Below the pieces are notes generated by a model, which saw only the letters and a program-made list of their open reading frames with translations, had not been told where the DNA came from and searched no databases. Below are positions 9,840 to 19,812 of a DNA stretch of 64,000 nt, piece by piece. The DNA comes from Desulfobacterales bacterium. GTDB lineage: Bacteria; Desulfobacterota; Desulfobacteria; Desulfobacterales; UBA2245. The translations under genes were made by a program, and so were the position numbers. Within the stretch, counting starts at the first letter, position 1. The number at the start of each line of letters is the position of its first letter. Location: contig JAXGZF010000005.1 in the NCBI GenBank assembly GCA_040771865.1, positions 310,001 through 374,000 on the forward strand, given 5' to 3'.

Positions 9840-11015
9840 ATGATCGATATCAAAGAGATCGCACAAAATCTTCAGCCCCGTCTGGTGGAGTGGAGGCGGC
9901 ATTTTCACCGTCATCCCGAACTCAGCTGGCAGGAGCATGAAACCTCGCGAACCGTCGCCCGCATGCTGACGCAGATCGGCATTTCCGTCCGCATGGCCTC
10001 CGGCACCGGCGTGATCGGCAGCATTTCGGGGAAAAAGCCCGGACCGGTGGTTGTCCTGCGGGCGGATATGGACGCACTCCCGGTTCTCGAATCCGGCGAC
10101 CTGCCCTTTTGCTCTCAAAACCCCGGCGTAATGCACGCCTGCGGCCATGACGCGCATACGGCCATGCTGCTCGGCGCGGCTCACGCGCTTTCGCAGTGCC
10201 GGGACGCCTTTTGCGGCGAGGTCCGGCTGATTTTCCAGCCGGCCGAAGAGGACCTGACCGGTGCTAAGGCCATGATTGCCGAAGGGGTTCTGGGAGATGC
10301 GGGGGCGATTTTCGGCATTCATGTCTGGTCTCATCTGGATGCCGGAAAAATCGCCATCGATGCGGGCCCGCGCATGGCGTCTGCGGACAAGATCGTGATT
10401 CGAGTTCTGGGAAAGGGCGGCCACGGCGCAGCTCCTCACCACGGCATTGACGCGATTCCGGCCGCCGCCTCGGTCGTCTCAAACCTTCAGACCATCGTCA
10501 GCCGGCATACCAGCCCCTTTGACACCCTGGTGATCACCATCGGCAAGATTTCCGGAGGAACGGCCTTCAACGTGCTCTGTGCCGAGGTGGAGATGGAAGG
10601 AACCGTCCGCTGCATGAAGCCGGGCGTCCGCAACCGTATTCCCGAGGCCATCGAACAGGTGGTCGTGAATTCCTGCAAAGCCCATCGGGCCGAGGGCCGG
10701 ATGGAATACATCGTCCGAACCCCGGTGGTCGTCAACGACGGCGATCTGTCCCGAATCGGCCGCGCGGCCGCCGAATCGCTTTTCGGACCCGAAACGTTCT
10801 TTTCCATGGGGCCTTCGATCGGAAGCGAGGATTTCGCCTGGTACGGAGAAAGGGTTCCGGCTCTCTTCGCCTTTCTGGGCACAGGAAAGACCGCGGAAAA
10901 GGTGGCTCCCCACCACAGCCCCGGCTTTGATCTGGACGAAAGTGTTTTATGGATGGGAACCGCGCTTTACGCCCGGTTCGCACTGGATTATCTGAGAGCC
11001 CATGAGAACCGTTGA
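9840..11015 (+). CDS. M20-family amidohydrolase
   Basis: HRHPELS, RADMDAL, MHACGHDAH, FQPAEE, GSEDF and HHSP motifs. Confidence 0.95.
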   Translation: MIDIKEIAQNLQPRLVEWRRHFHRHPELSWQEHETSRTVARMLTQIGISVRMASGTGVIGSISGKKPGPVVVLRADMDALPVLESGDLPFCSQNPGVMHACGHDAHTAMLLGAAHALSQCRDAFCGEVRLIFQPAEEDLTGAKAMIAEGVLGDAGAIFGIHVWSHLDAGKIAIDAGPRMASADKIVIRVLGKGGHGAAPHHGIDAIPAAASVVSNLQTIVSRHTSPFDTLVITIGKISGGTAFNVLCAEVEMEGTVRCMKPGVRNRIPEAIEQVVVNSCKAHRAEGRMEYIVRTPVVVNDGDLSRIGRAAAESLFGPETFFSMGPSIGSEDFAWYGERVPALFAFLGTGKTAEKVAPHHSPGFDLDESVLWMGTALYARFALDYLRAHENR

Positions 11016-11172
11016 TGAATCGGAAGGGATTGGCGCTTCAGGTTCGTTACACCATTTCATTTCCCGGGAAATAGAGAGGTGTCGGATATTAGAAAACTCA
11101 GATGGCCTGGTTCCATTGGGCAGGAAACAGTGATTTTCAAGTGGGGAACCGCCTTTATCCGAAAACCTGCAC

Positions 11173-11789
11173 TGAGGTCGGTCGTCAATAGCGGACACCA
11201 AAGCTTTCATGCTGCCCATCGTTCTTTGAAATATTTTTTCTCATAAGCGGCAGGTGAAAGGTACCCAAATCTTTTCTGACACCTTTGGCGATTGTAAAAG
11301 ATCTCTATGTATTCCGTTATTTCTCTCATTGCCTCTTGTCTGGTTGAAAAACAGCAACGGTGGAGCGATTCGTTCTTCAATACCCCCCAGAAGCTTTCAA
11401 TGGGGGCGTTGTCGTAACAGTTTCCTTTACGACTCATTGAGGCTCGTATCCCGAACTGGTCAAGCAACTTCCGGTATTCAGCGGCGCAGTACTGGCTTCC
11501 CCGGTCGGAATGATGAATCAGTCCTGCTACCGGACGTTTAGCCGTCACAGCATGAAACAAGGCTCGGGAAACAAGATTCCTGGTCATCCTCTCACCCAGT
11601 TTTCAAGGGTTGATTTCGGCAAGGAAAGTCGATGGGATGCTTCGTAGGCAGATATGCCCCCTTCGACAACCATCTTTACCGCCTCGATACGAAATTCTCT
11701 TGAATATCGGCTATTGTTCTTTTTGTCATGTTGACACCTCCGTTTATTGGGATTTAAACATTGGTGTCCGTTTTTTTCAACTTACCTCA
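11173..11789 (-). mobile_element. Internally deleted IS3-family element (617 bp)
   Basis: TG...CA ends with 29-bp imperfect inverted repeats TGAGGTCGGTCGTCAATAGCGGACACCAA and TGAGGTAAGTTGAAAAAAACGGACACCAA (22/29). Holds an OrfA start and an OrfB end only. No target duplication seen. Confidence 0.9.
11207..11729 (-). pseudogene. IS3 transposase remnant: frameshifted OrfA HTH joined to the C-terminal OrfB integrase core
   Basis: OrfA fragment NSRYSREFRIEAVKMVVEGGISAYEASHRLSLPKSTLENWVR is one base out of frame with ATG 11729. OrfB fragment carries HHSDRGSQY...SMSRKGNCYDNAPIESF...YIEIFYNRQR. Confidence 0.9.
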
Positions 11790-12596
11790 TTCCTCCCATG
11801 GCACGAGGGTTGAACACGGATGCAACCCGCTCTCCCCTCGCAGTTAGGTTTTATTTGACGCATACACAAAAAGTTGACAGCCTCATTTTGGGTCATATCC
11901 ATACACTTCCAAATTGACTCCGCAAGGCCGATAGGGTCAATGTTGGTCCAACAGCCAACGATTAAGTCGAAGTTCCAACTCCAAGCAAATCAGAAAGATG
12001 TGGAACTCGTCAAGACCGTCAACAAAGCACGTTTCAAAAAAGTCGCAGTCAAATTTTTGTCGAATTTCTGTAGGTCATGCCCATAACAATCCGGTGTGAG
12101 TACAATTTTTGATATAATATAGCACATTGCTTATCCCGCGGTCAAGGGAGCCAAAATTCTGACTTACGTGCACTCAAAGCTCACGAGCAGGCATTTGCAA
12201 ATCTGAAACCATGGTCATCATTCAGCGTTGCCACTGCTCACACGTGCATGATGCCGCGCCTGCCGGACCGCCCGTGACCGATTTATCAACATTCTGCCGA
12301 ACTTCGAGCTGTCATGCTTTTCCGATGTTTTGCTGGCGCGTAATTTGCATTCAATAATATGGGATTCATAATAAACCCGACCCAAAAACGAAATATCAGG
12401 CAAAGAATCGTGATGGGTTTTGCATAACCAACTTTGCTGCGGCCGGTTTCCGGCACGTTTCGGGCACAAAGGAAAAGATCCGTTGCTATCTGAACATAAA
12501 ATGCGTGGAAGGGGGTGCAAAGGCAATCCCGCGGGCCGATGGTTCGGGATCTCATTCCAAACCCCCTGCTTCGGGGGAAACACGCAAAACACAGTT

Positions 12597-12623
12597 TCGA
12601 AAAATACTGAAACCTGCCGACAA
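12597..12623 (+). promoter_or_regulatory. Possible FliA/sigma28 promoter for the MCP gene
   Basis: TCGA-N15-GCCGACAA versus consensus TAAA-N15-GCCGATAA, 150 nt upstream of a chemoreceptor gene. Confidence 0.4.
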
Positions 12624-12772
12624 TGATGGATATTATCGGCTACACACAAACCGAATTCTTGCAGATCAATGCATGGTTTATTCGGAAGAGAAAATTCAGT
12701 ACTGCCGCATGGTAAATCAGTTCTGAAAAGGGCTGGTTCTTTTTTTGCCGCAACAAAAAAGGAGAGATAAAT

Positions 12773-14902
12773 ATGTTTAATTCCATGAAACTGAGAACGC
12801 GCCTGCTTTTTTTCGGTATCGTACTGACCGCGCTTCCCCTGCTGGTCGTGTCAGGCCTGACCTATCTGCAAAACCAGAAGATGGTGCGCCTGTCCACTGA
12901 TGAAATATCCAAGCTGGCCTATGCCGACATGCAGCATGTGCTCGAGGGCATATACGGCACATGCTCCACACGGAACCATGCCGTTCAGGATCATGTCAAG
13001 GCCGGTCTCAATGTGGCCAGAGACCAGGTCCGGAAAACAGGAGCCGTGTCATTTTTACAGGAAACTGTGAAGTGGAACGCGGTGAACCAGTTCAACAACG
13101 CATCCCAGCCGGTTGAGCTTCCCAGGATGATGCTTGGAGACACCTGGCTCGGACAGAACGCCCGCGCCGGAGTGAAATCTCCGGTGGTGGACGATGTCAA
13201 GGATATCGTCGGAGCGGTATGCACGATTTTTCAGCGGATGAACGATGCCGGAGACATGCTGCGGGTGTCGACCAACGTGGCGAAGCAGGACGGGACCCGG
13301 GCCATCGGCACCTTCATTCCTGCCACTAATCCGGACGGCGTTACAAATCCGGTGATTTCCGCGGTGATGCGCGGAGAGGTCTATACCGGCCGGGCTTTTG
13401 TGGTGGACGGCTGGTATATTACCAGCTATGAGCCGATTTACGGGCCGGGAAACCGGATAGCGGGCGTCCTTTTTGTGGGAATTCCCCAGGATGCGGGTCA
13501 GCGGATCCGCCAGGATATTTTAAAGACCCTGGTCGGCAAGACCGGTTACGCTTATGTGCTCAATTCCAAGGGCGATTACATCATATCCGGCGGCGGCAAG
13601 CGGGACGGGGAAAACATCTGGAACACGCGGGACAGCTCCGGAAACTACGTGATACAGGAACTCATTCGAAAGGCCAAGGCGGCGGGAACCGGAAGGTGCG
13701 CCACCATGAGCTATATGTGGCAGAATCCCGGAGAACCTCAGCCGCGGTCAAAGGCGACCGCCATGATGTATTTTGAGCCGTGGGACTGGGTCGTCGGAAT
13801 CGGGGCCTATGAAGACGAGCTGCTCGAGGCCCGGAATCTTGCGGCCGAAATCGGGCAGAGAAGCAATATGATTCTGGCTGCCGTGCTCGCTCTGGCTCTG
13901 CTGGGTGCCGCGGCGGTCTGGTTTTTTGTGGCCCGGGGTATCGGCGAACGGATCAACCAGGTTTCCAGACGGCTGAATCTGTCATCGGATCAGGTGGGCG
14001 AGACTTCGCAGCAGGTGGCTTCCGCCAGCCTGACGCTTTCGGAAGGCGCTTCGCAACAGGCCTCATCTCTGGAGGAAACCTCGTCATCCCTGGAGGAGAT
14101 GGCTTCCATGACCCGCCAGAACGCCGACAACGCGAAACAGGCCGATCAGATCATGAAGGAAGGCAGACAGGTCGTGGACAAGGCTGATGCCTCGATGCAG
14201 GAGCTGACTGTTTCGATGAACGAAATCGCCCATGCCAGCGAGGAAATATCGAAGATCAACAAAACCATTGACGAAATCGCGTTCCAGACCAATCTGCTGG
14301 CGCTCAATGCGGCGGTGGAAGCGGCCCGGGCCGGAGAGGCCGGCGCCGGATTTGCCGTGGTGGCCGAAGAGGTGAGAAACCTTGCCATGCGTTCGGCCCA
14401 GGCGGCAAAGAACACGGCCGGCCTGATTGAAACCACGGTCAGAAAGATCCAGACCGGAACCGCGCTCGTATCCAGGACCAATGACGCATTTACCGGAGTG
14501 GCGGCAAGCGTTACCAAGGTCGGGGAGCTGGTCGGCGAAATCGCCGCGGCCTCGACGGAGCAGGCACAGGGGGTCGAGCAGCTCAACAAGGCGGTGGCCG
14601 AGATGGACAAGGTTACCCAGCAGAATGCGGCCAACGCCGAGGAGACGGCCAGCGCTTCCGAGGTGCTCAAATCCCAGGCCGATGAGATGAGATTCGTCTT
14701 AAAGCAACTGATCGCGATGGTGGATGGTAAAAACGGGCAGAACCGATCCGCAGGCCAGACCCGGAAAACGGCCGTTCCCGGCGCTTCCCGCAAAGCGCTG
14801 TCGGCGCCTGGAAAGAAATTGACGGGCAAAGCCGGGCATGCCGCCGAAGTCAGCCCGGAACAGGTGATACCCCTTGAAGAGGATGAGTTCCGGGATTTCT
14901 GA
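12773..14902 (+). CDS. Methyl-accepting chemotaxis protein with Cache-type periplasmic sensor
   Basis: Two TM helices, a Cache-like region ([11 protein letters not shown]...RAIGT...GKTGYAYVL...WDWVVG) and the signalling hairpin [46 protein letters not shown]. Confidence 0.97.
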   Translation: MFNSMKLRTRLLFFGIVLTALPLLVVSGLTYLQNQKMVRLSTDEISKLAYADMQHVLEGIYGTCSTRNHAVQDHVKAGLNVARDQVRKTGAVSFLQETVKWNAVNQFNNASQPVELPRMMLGDTWLGQNARAGVKSPVVDDVKDIVGAVCTIFQRMNDAGDMLRVSTNVAKQDGTRAIGTFIPATNPDGVTNPVISAVMRGEVYTGRAFVVDGWYITSYEPIYGPGNRIAGVLFVGIPQDAGQRIRQDILKTLVGKTGYAYVLNSKGDYIISGGGKRDGENIWNTRDSSGNYVIQELIRKAKAAGTGRCATMSYMWQNPGEPQPRSKATAMMYFEPWDWVVGIGAYEDELLEARNLAAEIGQRSNMILAAVLALALLGAAAVWFFVARGIGERINQVSRRLNLSSDQVGETSQQVASASLTLSEGASQQASSLEETSSSLEEMASMTRQNADNAKQADQIMKEGRQVVDKADASMQELTVSMNEIAHASEEISKINKTIDEIAFQTNLLALNAAVEAARAGEAGAGFAVVAEEVRNLAMRSAQAAKNTAGLIETTVRKIQTGTALVSRTNDAFTGVAASVTKVGELVGEIAAASTEQAQGVEQLNKAVAEMDKVTQQNAANAEETASASEVLKSQADEMRFVLKQLIAMVDGKNGQNRSAGQTRKTAVPGASRKALSAPGKKLTGKAGHAAEVSPEQVIPLEEDEFRDF

Positions 14903-14939
14903 CAGGCTGCTCCGTCAAACCGGCTGAATGGAACCTCAT

Positions 14940-14973
14940 GCCGCCCGCTTTCATGAAAGCGGGCGGCTTTTTT
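14940..14973 (+). terminator. Rho-independent terminator after the MCP
   Basis: Perfect inverted repeat GCCGCCCGCTTTCA/TGAAAGCGGGCGGC followed by a T run. Confidence 0.85.
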
Positions 14974-14978
14974 CCGGC

Positions 14979-15782
14979 TTATCCGCCGGCATTTTGTTTT
15001 GCCTTTTCAGCCAGGATTCTGATCGCATCCATGTAGGCTTCAAGCCCGTGCTGAAAGATATCGTTGTGGTTGGCGCCGGGAATTTTGAGCAGGGTCTTGT
15101 CCGCAGACGTGCATGCGTCAAACAGTGCCTGGCCGTCCGAATAAGGAATGATGTGGTCGAACTCGGCGTGAATGATCAGAACCGGTCCCTGATAATTTTG
15201 AATCTTGTCCAGATTGCCCATGCCCCGGTTTTCCATTGAAGCGATTCTATGGGTGTCCACGCCGAGGGTTCTGAGCAGCGCGGCCGTGTCGGCAAATCCG
15301 CTTTCGATGATCAGGCCGTTGATTTTCCGCGCATGGGAGGCAGACAGTTCCAGCGCGCTGGCGCTTCCCAGAGAGCGTCCCATGACAATGATCGGACCGG
15401 TGTACTGTTTCCTGTTGAGAAACCGGACAACGAATTCAAAGATGACGCCCGCATCCCTGAGCATCGAGGTGACGGTCGGCGTGCCGTTCGATCGTCCGTA
15501 TCCGCGGTAATCCACCGGCAGGAAATTCAGGCCCTGGTCGTTGTATATTTCCGCCAGATCGTCATAATCGGCGACGATCTCGCCGTTTCCGTGAAAATAC
15601 AGAATGTTCGGCGCTTCAGGACCGGCGAGGTGAAACCTGGCGCCCACAACCGTATCGTTTTCCACGGGAATCATCAGGTCCTGAGTGAAAAGACCGGACG
15701 GTCCCTGGTCCCATTCCTTTCTCGGATAAAACAGAAAACGCAGTATCTCGGGCTGATCCAGTGCCGCATAATTCGGGATCAT
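14979..15782 (-). CDS. Alpha/beta hydrolase
   Basis: FHGNGE, DYRGYG, GRSLG, HAEFDHII and ANHND motifs. Confidence 0.92.
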   Translation of the reverse strand: MIPNYAALDQPEILRFLFYPRKEWDQGPSGLFTQDLMIPVENDTVVGARFHLAGPEAPNILYFHGNGEIVADYDDLAEIYNDQGLNFLPVDYRGYGRSNGTPTVTSMLRDAGVIFEFVVRFLNRKQYTGPIIVMGRSLGSASALELSASHARKINGLIIESGFADTAALLRTLGVDTHRIASMENRGMGNLDKIQNYQGPVLIIHAEFDHIIPYSDGQALFDACTSADKTLLKIPGANHNDIFQHGLEAYMDAIRILAEKAKQNAGG

Positions 15783-15840
15783 GGTCTGTGCCGCCTCCTT
15801 TCTGATGTGTATTCATGCGTGATGAATGAACGCTGAATCG

Positions 15841-16704
15841 TTACGTCGTGCTCCGGCATTCGGGGACGCGCCAGCCGGTGTCAAATCCCAGGACCTCGAG
15901 CCGCCGAATGCCTTCGGCGATGCCCGCGCCCGCCGAATCGATGCCATGGGAATCATCTCCGGGAACCACGCTGATTCCCATTTCAAGGGCTTTTCGAAGA
16001 ATCAGCTCTGAAATGTAGGGCTCGTCGGCGCCTTTTAAGAGCGCCCGGACATTATAATCCAGAATCAGGTCCAGGTTTTTGATCAGCTCCAGGTTCCGAA
16101 TGATCCTCTGAAAGATTTCCGGTTGCATGATCCGTTGCCGATACCGGGGGTCAAAGAGCCTGATCAGGTCGAAGTGGCCCACCACCGCTGGCCGAAGCGT
16201 TCGAAGCATTTCATGCTGCTGGTCGAAATACCGCATGTACATCGCGTCGATTCCGCCCAGAGACGCCGCGGCTTGAAGGTATTGCCCGGAAGAACAGTCA
16301 AATCCGAGATCGTCCACATGGTGCAGGGAACCCACGATATAATCAGGTTGGAACGCCGCTGTCAGCCGGTCGATGAAATCCGGCGAGCCGGAACAGGTTT
16401 CGGATTCAAATCCGACCAGAATCCGTATTTGTGAGCGGTATTGCTCCTGAAGCCCGCGCGCGGTTTCCATGTACCGGGCAAAGCGCTGATACAGGGCATT
16501 TGCATCGAGTCCGGCTCGCGCTTCTTCGGGATAGCGGAACCGGTTTTCCAAAGGGGGCATATGCTCGGTGATTCCTACCCAGACAAAGCCCTGTTCAATG
16601 TAGCGCCGAATAATCGCTTCCAGGCTGTCCTGAGCATGACTGCAGAATTGGCCGCTGTGTCCTCCATGAATCGATACCAGAGCGGCCGGAGATCTGTTTT
16701 TCAT
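15841..16704 (-). CDS. PHP-family histidinol-phosphatase (HisJ/HisK-like)
   Basis: HGGHSGQFCSHA, GITEHMP, VGSLHHV, VGHFDLI and GDDSHG motifs. Confidence 0.9.
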   Translation of the reverse strand: MKNRSPAALVSIHGGHSGQFCSHAQDSLEAIIRRYIEQGFVWVGITEHMPPLENRFRYPEEARAGLDANALYQRFARYMETARGLQEQYRSQIRILVGFESETCSGSPDFIDRLTAAFQPDYIVGSLHHVDDLGFDCSSGQYLQAAASLGGIDAMYMRYFDQQHEMLRTLRPAVVGHFDLIRLFDPRYRQRIMQPEIFQRIIRNLELIKNLDLILDYNVRALLKGADEPYISELILRKALEMGISVVPGDDSHGIDSAGAGIAEGIRRLEVLGFDTGWRVPECRSTT

Positions 16705-16780
16705 AAAAGGCGTTCCTTTTTTCCGCCAACAGTTTTTTCACCCGCATCTTCCAGCTTGAGCAAGAGGGCGGGGTGAGGGA

Positions 16781-17515
16781 TCATTGAAAAACCTTTTTGA
16801 GCAGATCCGTGACCCGTGCGGTGGGGTTTTCGCGGATCTTTTTTTCTTCCTGGGCCAGCATGAGGAAAAGACCGTCCAGGGCGCCCTGCGTCACATATCC
16901 ATCCAGGTCGAAACTGAACTTGTCGGCAAGGGGAAAGGTCTGCATCTTGGCATCCAGGTCCTGATACTTTTTCGTGACGCCCACCTGGGCCATGGTGTCG
17001 TGAACCACGGGCTTAAAGATCTCATGAAGCCGGGTTTCGGTTTTGCCCTTGAAATAAAGGGTGGCTTCGTTTTCCCGGCCGTTCAGAATTTTCTGAGCGT
17101 CCGTAATGGTCATCTGGCTGACGGCGTCCACAAAAAGGGACTTGGCCTCCGGGGCGGCTTTTTCCGCGGCCAGGTTCATGCTCTTTTCAAAAGCCTCCAT
17201 CTGGGGACCGTAGCCGGCGATTTTCAACAGGGATTCAACTTTTTTGACGGTCGGCGGCAGGGGAATGCGGATCTTTGGGTTGTTCAAATAACCGCCGGCA
17301 GCCGAAACGTTTTCAACGGCATTTTTTGTGCCCACCTGAAGCGCTTCCTTCAAACCCTGAATGATCTCGCTTTCTCCAAGGGTGGCGCCTGTCGAAGTCG
17401 TTCCGCCGACGGTTTTTTGAACGCTTTTCAATATATCGCCGAACTGGGCCTGAGCCGTACCCGTCACCCCAAAAAGCATCAGAACGAACAAACATACGCA
17501 TCTTTTTTTCATCAT
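16781..17515 (-). CDS. DUF4197-family exported protein
   Basis: Signal peptide, GLKEALQVG, RIPLP, MNLAAEKA, and EEKKIRENPTARVTDLLKKVF at the C-terminus. Confidence 0.9.
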   Translation of the reverse strand: MMKKRCVCLFVLMLFGVTGTAQAQFGDILKSVQKTVGGTTSTGATLGESEIIQGLKEALQVGTKNAVENVSAAGGYLNNPKIRIPLPPTVKKVESLLKIAGYGPQMEAFEKSMNLAAEKAAPEAKSLFVDAVSQMTITDAQKILNGRENEATLYFKGKTETRLHEIFKPVVHDTMAQVGVTKKYQDLDAKMQTFPLADKFSFDLDGYVTQGALDGLFLMLAQEEKKIRENPTARVTDLLKKVFQ

Positions 17516-17570
17516 GTCGCCTGCCTTTCTGTTGAAGCGGTTTGAATCCTTAAACCGGAAACTCTGTGTC

Positions 17571-18113
17571 TTAAGAAGGAACGGCCCCGGAATCATCCGG
17601 CGGCAGCGCCGGCCTGACCTTGATCAGGTTCTGCCTGCGGATTTGAACGGTACCCGGCCTGGCTCCTTTTGGCTTGCTGACATCGCGTGCACGGGTCCAT
17701 GACACGAAGACCGATCCCGCGTTTCTGGCCTTGCTGTGGTATGCGGCGATGGCGCCCGCCTGAGCGAGAATTTTCCGGTCCGGCGCCATGTCTTCCCTGG
17801 CCTTCAGAATCACGTGGCTTCCCGGCATGCCGTGAATGTGAAACCAGTAATCATCAGGCCGCGCAAGGCGCAGGCTCAGATAATCGTTGGCCGCATCGGT
17901 TTTCCCCACCAGCACCTGCCACTGGCCTTTCAGGTAATAGGTACGAATGTCGGCTTCCGCCGCCGGTATTGTTTTTTCGAAATCTTTCACGATACTCCGG
18001 TATGGCCTCCGGTTGCTTCGAGCTCTTTGCGCTTTTATGAATCTTAAGATGAAACGAGGCATTTTGCAAGGCGCGGCAGGCGGGAGGTTCGAACGGCTGA
18101 ATTTTCCTTGCAA
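17571..18113 (-). CDS. NFACT RNA-binding (DUF814) domain protein; true start probably downstream
   Basis: VGKTDAANDYL, DYWFH...PGSHVIL, AAYHSKA and VSKPKGARPGTV motifs. Confidence 0.88.
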   Translation of the reverse strand: MQGKFSRSNLPPAAPCKMPRFILRFIKAQRARSNRRPYRSIVKDFEKTIPAAEADIRTYYLKGQWQVLVGKTDAANDYLSLRLARPDDYWFHIHGMPGSHVILKAREDMAPDRKILAQAGAIAAYHSKARNAGSVFVSWTRARDVSKPKGARPGTVQIRRQNLIKVRPALPPDDSGAVPS

Positions 18114-18173
18114 GTTTGGGATTATCGGCTAAGCTGGGTCATCAACCTTGATGCGGGAAAAGGGCGGTATTGA

Positions 18174-19763
18174 ATGTCCACAAGTATTTACCATAAGGTC
18201 GGCGTTGCATCCCTGCTCATGATGGCGTCCGTTTTTTTGAGCCGGGCCATGGGGCTTTTCCGGGAAATGCTCATCGCTTATGCGGGCGGCGCCGGCGCAT
18301 CGGTGGATGCCTACCAGATCGCGTTCGTGATTCCTGAAATCCTCAATCATGTCGTGGCCAGTGGTTTTCTGTCCGTAACCTTTATTCCGATATTTTCCGA
18401 GTATCTGGCGAGAAACGAGGAAGACGAGGGCTGGCGGATATTTTCCATCATTCTGACCGGATTCGGCGCTGCGCTTCTGGTTCTCATTCTGATCGCCGAG
18501 TTCTTTGCTCCGGATTTAATTCGAATCCTCGCCCCCGGTCTGAAGGACCCGGCCGTCAGAGACAGCGCCGTGACGATGACGCGGATTATTCTGCCGGCCC
18601 AGTTTTTCTTTTTTGCCGGCGGACTTTTCATGGCCGTGCAGTTCGCCAAGGAAAGATTTTTCATTCCGGCACTGGCGCCGCTGATCTACAATCTGGGCAT
18701 CATGACCGGCGGCGTTGTGCTGGGACCGTGGCTGAAAATGCACGGATTCGCCTGGGGAGTTCTGGCCGGCGCCTTTGTGGGAAACTTCTGGATTCAGTAT
18801 GTCGGCGCCAGAAAGGCGGGCATGCGCCTGAAGCTTGTTTTCGACTTCAAACACCCGGATCTTGAAAAGTACGTTTTGCTCACTCTGCCTTTGATGCTCG
18901 GGCTGACCATGACCTTTTCCACAGAGATTTTTTTCAAATTCTTCGGTTCCTACCTGCCGGAGGGAAGCATCGCGGGCCTGAATTACGGCCTTCGGCTGAT
19001 GCTCATGCTCGTCGGTCTGTTCGGGCAGGCCGTGGGGGTGGCCTCCTTTCCCTTCATGGCGCGCCTTGCCGCCGAGGGAAGACTGGATGAAATGAACCGG
19101 CTCCTCAACCAGACGCTCCGGTATCTGGCCCTGGTGATTCCCCTCTGCGCCCTGTTCATGGTGCTGAGAAACGAGATGGTGGTTGTCATATTTCAGCGGG
19201 GGCGATTCGATGCGCAGGCCACCGCCCTGACCGCATCGATTCTTCCCTACCTGATGATCGGCGCTTTTGCCTTTGCCGCGCAGACCGTGGTGGTCAGGGG
19301 GTTCTACGCGGTTCAAAACACGATTTTCCCTGCGGTTTTCGGAACCATCGCCGTGATGGTGAGCATTCCGCTGTATGTCTACGGCATGCATGCCATGGGC
19401 GTGAGGGGTGTGGCGCTGGCCGTTTCCCTGGCCGCGCTGGTTCAGAATATCCTGATCTATGCGGTCTGGAACCGGAGAACTCGAAACTATGAAAGCCGCA
19501 GCGTGTACGGCTTTGTTCTGAAGATGGCCGGGTTCAGCCTGTGTCTGGGCGCCGTCCTGGAGGGAATCAGAAGCGTGTTTCTTTCCGGCCCGAAGCTGAA
19601 CGGATTTTTCGGCAGCCTGATTGTCTGCGTTATTGTCGGATCCTTATTCGGTCTGATTCTGGTCGGCGCAGGTTATCTGCTGCGCATTCAGGAAATCATC
19701 GATATGGTCCGGCGCATCGCAAACCGGATACGCAAAAATTCCCCCCGGCGTCCGTCCGCTTGA
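18174..19763 (+). CDS. murJ: Lipid II flippase MurJ (MviN)
   Basis: SRAMGLFRE, DAYQIAFVIP, FQRGRFD and RGFYA motifs; polytopic membrane protein. Confidence 0.95.
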   Translation: MSTSIYHKVGVASLLMMASVFLSRAMGLFREMLIAYAGGAGASVDAYQIAFVIPEILNHVVASGFLSVTFIPIFSEYLARNEEDEGWRIFSIILTGFGAALLVLILIAEFFAPDLIRILAPGLKDPAVRDSAVTMTRIILPAQFFFFAGGLFMAVQFAKERFFIPALAPLIYNLGIMTGGVVLGPWLKMHGFAWGVLAGAFVGNFWIQYVGARKAGMRLKLVFDFKHPDLEKYVLLTLPLMLGLTMTFSTEIFFKFFGSYLPEGSIAGLNYGLRLMLMLVGLFGQAVGVASFPFMARLAAEGRLDEMNRLLNQTLRYLALVIPLCALFMVLRNEMVVVIFQRGRFDAQATALTASILPYLMIGAFAFAAQTVVVRGFYAVQNTIFPAVFGTIAVMVSIPLYVYGMHAMGVRGVALAVSLAALVQNILIYAVWNRRTRNYESRSVYGFVLKMAGFSLCLGAVLEGIRSVFLSGPKLNGFFGSLIVCVIVGSLFGLILVGAGYLLRIQEIIDMVRRIANRIRKNSPRRPSA

Positions 19764-19812
19764 TCGAAGAAAACGGATTTCGTTTTCTAAAGCCGTTCAG
19801 CAGCGCCGAGCG

